DNA from: Psammoneis japonica
Lineage: Eukaryota
Length of the DNA: 64,000 nucleotides
NCBI GenBank assembly: GCA_008632985.1
Contig: QPGO01000002.1
Location: forward strand, 310,001-374,000
Direction of reading: 5' to 3'
Shown piece by piece: positions 60,557-64,000 of the stretch. The stretch's first letter is position 1. Each line of letters opens with the position of its first letter. Under the pieces are notes generated by a model. The model made no database searches. It had not been told where the DNA came from and was given only the letters and a program-made list of their open reading frames with translations. The translations under genes and the position numbers were made by a program.

Positions 60557-62128
60557 GACACGTAAAAGTGAATTGCCTTTGGTACTCTCTTGTGGTATAG
60601 GGAGGGAGTCAGGAAAACACAATAAGTCGAATAATAACAATGGTCAGGTGTTAGCTTGCTAAAATAATATGGTAGAAGCAATGCACTAATAGTATAGTAC
60701 TGACTGTAGAGTCCTAGCCATTGCTTGGTGTCTGCGGCAGATAAGACACACCAAACCATAATCTGGGCTAACTCGGGAATTAGCTGCTGGTGAGGCGCTT
60801 TCATTCCTCCCTGGACAAATTTTGATGTTATCACCAATTCATGTAGTGTGAAGACGATGTAGATTTCTGTCTCTTGAAACAAGTCTTGCAGAAGCATTCA
60901 CACAGTGCTCCTCCGTTTAGTGAGGCGCCAGATTTATTTTCTAAAAGCTTATTACTGTGCTGCTTGAGAGATAAGACACGGGCTTTCAAGGGTAGCTAGG
61001 GCCCTACAGTCGAGCAGTCAAATGTCGGTGCACTCCTGGTCCATATTTTGTTCGGAAGAACATGTGAACCAGCAAGTGATTAGTAAAACGAGTAAAAGAA
61101 ACAGTGCGGCAACGACAATGCCAAAGCACACTACTCACCTTGCGTGTCACTGCGAAACCAAACCCTACTCGCGAGTAGATACATAGAATCAGCGGTGTGG
61201 AACGCAATACAGTGGAGACGAGACGGACTGAAGGTATTGGAGGCGGTGGAGATAGATATGAAGGAACATGGGACACAGTAGAGGGTGGACAAGACGATAT
61301 AGAGTCGACGGGGCGAATTACGTGGCATACGAACGATTTGGAGATAGGAGGGACAAGACAATCTGAAGAAACTGGAGGTGGATCACGGCGACCACTGATT
61401 TGGAGGAAGACGGAACACAGGACAAGACGGACAAGTGGATCACAAGTTATAACAACGAAATCTGAGAAACGAAAGGACTGTGGAGATTGTAGGTGCTGTG
61501 GCAATGATCAGACAATGTGGTGGGAGTATGGCGTCGAGAGAGAGACAGAAGGAATTGTGACGAAAGACATTGGGGCACGATGATGGAGGATGGAGAAACC
61601 GAAAGGAGAGGACGAACGTGTGGCATTGGAGCCCCCGAGAATGGGACCTTGTAACAGCAAATAAGGTAGATTCCTGTGAATACAAGAGAAAACTAGTTGT
61701 AAGGGCGCAAACAGGCATACAAAAATGCGAATACAAACACTTACGGCATTGTTGGTCCTCCTGAGCAAGAGCCGGAATGAGACGGGATCCCGCCAAATTT
61801 ATAACAGAAAAAGGTTAGTAGCAAAGGATGATATACAGCAGGTCAAGGATACGAGTTCACAAACGAAACTAAAGACGACAAAAACGAACGAAAACTACGG
61901 CATCAAACAGCTATGCAAAACTCAAAGTAAGCGAAAGAAGAAACAATGCAACCGCGCGAATAGAATAAAGCAACAAGAACATCACCAACACAAGAATTAA
62001 ATAGGAAGAAATAGACATCCACAAACACCGACAAGTACCAGGGAGAGCTCACAAACAAGATGACTCAACAATAAAGCGATACGGAGCCACGCAATCTCGC
62101 CAACAACAAACGAAACGAAAACGAGACC

Positions 62129-63380
62129 ATGACAAGCACTGAAAACAAAAGAATCATCATCAACAACAATGACGAAGACCGCAAAAACTTACATGCAAAA
62201 GACGAAGCATTTCATACATACAATCAAGAGCCGAAAAGCAGCGTTAAAAATCGAAGAATTGACACTCGCAAGCACACAAACGAAACAACGAAAGCCCCAC
62301 AAACAGTAAAGAGAACGCAACGATTTGCCGACAAAATACCTATATCCCCACCAACACATAGTCTTATCAGAAAAGAACATAGTAAGGCAAACACAGGAAA
62401 TGCACAGGTACAAACGAGAATACAAAAGTATACTCAACGGGCCAGCCTATAGCGGATCGGCGAAGCACTTTGCCACTCTCAGAACAGAGGCAAACGCTGC
62501 CTACGGGCATTCCCAAGACGGGCAGAACGTCGTAGTACTCGTCGCTCAGCATTGGAGACTTGATTATTTGGGTCATGAGGCAGATTCGGCTTGTGCTGGA
62601 AGGCTATCCACGTCTTCAAGGGGAGGGACTGGCAATGATATTCCAAGACGACGATGAAGTGCCTTACCTGATGGATTCGGAAGAGCGACGGCGACGAAAG
62701 GAAGATGCACCGACGGACGAGCTCAAGACCGCTGACAAACTCAAGGCAGAGCTAGAAAATGACTTGAAGGCAAAGGATCCAAACTATACCGTGCAAAAGG
62801 GTACCACAAAGAAAGATTTGCAGGATGACTGCGAGAAAGCAAATATTCAAATCAAAAAGACAGTACGGAAGATTCTCTCGGGTTGGCGCTGCAAGCCGAA
62901 AGGGTTGCTTCAAGCATTGATAGAAAGGGGGGTGATTGATGCTAACCTGAAGCGTGGGAAAGGAGGCATTAAAGATCAGTGTGAGAATTACATGGAAAAT
63001 ACAGAGCCAGCGGAAATAGTTGCCTCTTGTGAAGGTTTCTCCAAGGAAAGTACACTGCTTCAGCATCATGGGAGTGCGCGTGATGTTGACTCCGAAAATA
63101 CCTTTGGGCTTGCTCAAAAGGTGAGTATCAAAACCTTTTCCTGTCACAGAAAAGAGGGAAAGAAAATTTCAAGAAGTCGGTTCAGCATTGTTTGTCGGAA
63201 GAGGTGCTGACTACAGAACTCAACACGCAAGTTCGCGAAACGAGCACGACAGCACATTCAATCTTACCATGCAACTGACAATGGATATGTTGCAGACACG
63301 GAGAGGGTCAATGAATTTGGACCTTTCGACAAACTCATCAAAACGTTCAAGACGCACCGATGTGCTCTTGACTTTGCGTT
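62129..63380 (+). pseudogene. Frameshifted/deleted DDE transposase (IS630-Tc1-mariner-like)
   Basis: SGWRCKPKGLLQALIERGVID, CEGFSKESTLLQHHG and, in another frame, FKTHRCALDF resemble eukaryotic Tc1-like transposases; frames broken. Confidence 0.6.
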
Positions 63381-64000
63381 CTAGTTCGTCAACAGCGTCG
63401 ACGATCGCCGCGGCCGAAGGCGATGCTCGATGCTCTCGAGCGTTGTGGTGGTTGGGTTGCGGCGTGAAATTTCGAAATCGTGTAGCCGCTGTAGAAATTG
63501 TACAGGGACAAAGATATAACGGCTTATCATAATCACTATCACGCATTTAGAGCTAATTACATTTTATACCACACTACGTACAGGACATTGTAGATTCATT
63601 CCAGTAGTACATAGCAAGCCAGCCCACTGTATGTAGAATTAACCTACTAGCTCTACCTAGCTAGAGAATCGGCGAGCCAGCCGTTTGGCTCTCGCTAACT
63701 TCCAATTGTAATATCATTTCTTTGGAATCGAATAATGAATAAAATGGAATGAGATGTTTGAATTTTGAAATTGAGAGAAAAAACGGCTGTTGTGCGTGCC
63801 GGTACAGTATGGCATTCGCCTCGTCCTCTCACATTCGACAATGATCCGTCAACGGGGAGCTCGTCCAAGCAGAGATGCCGTGCCTAATGACGATCGCCCC
63901 AAGGCTCGTCCGTCCCGTCGTTTTGCGTGGCACACCGTTGCTGCCGTCGTCATGTGCACTGCGTGGTTGCTGAAAGTGTCTGAGTTTCTTCATCAGATTC

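Noticed and set aside
61005..63632. TA-CAGT...ACTG-TA as TIRs of the transposase element
   Set aside because: The match is only about 4 bp beyond TA, too short to support.

Overview
Eukaryotic genomic DNA with spliceosomal GT-AG introns and no operons. It is most likely a raphid pennate diatom, inferred from frustulin-type C-[EQ]-G-D-C-D domains and diatom-style Gypsy elements. Layout: (1) 1-5.7 kb and 45.2-59.2 kb are transposon graveyards in which TpA dinucleotides are almost absent. The second block holds a full-length Gypsy LTR retrotransposon (48210-55201) with three nested MITE-like insertions. It sits in an older Gypsy remnant, next to a degenerate non-LTR RT. (2) 8.5-20.2 kb is a rearranged gene region: a basic/SH3-like protein, an ankyrin protein, a UAA-family nucleotide-sugar transporter plus a duplicate of its last exon, a nucleotidyltransferase-like chimeric ORF and a SET-like fragment. 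(3) 20.4-45.0 kb is a tandem array of five minus-strand paralogs encoding signal peptide + calcineurin-like metallophosphoesterase + Pro/Ser/Thr linkers + 3-7 frustulin-like Cys domains. (4) 59.6-63.4 kb holds a secreted 2OG-Fe(II) oxygenase-like gene and a broken DDE transposase. Two main candidates for undescribed biology: a repeat-targeted TpA->TpG/CpA (A-to-G) hypermutation running opposite to fungal RIP, whose polarity can be read from TSDs, TIRs, LTRs and RT motifs here; and the phosphoesterase-frustulin fusion family. All family calls come from motif recognition by eye; no database searches were run.
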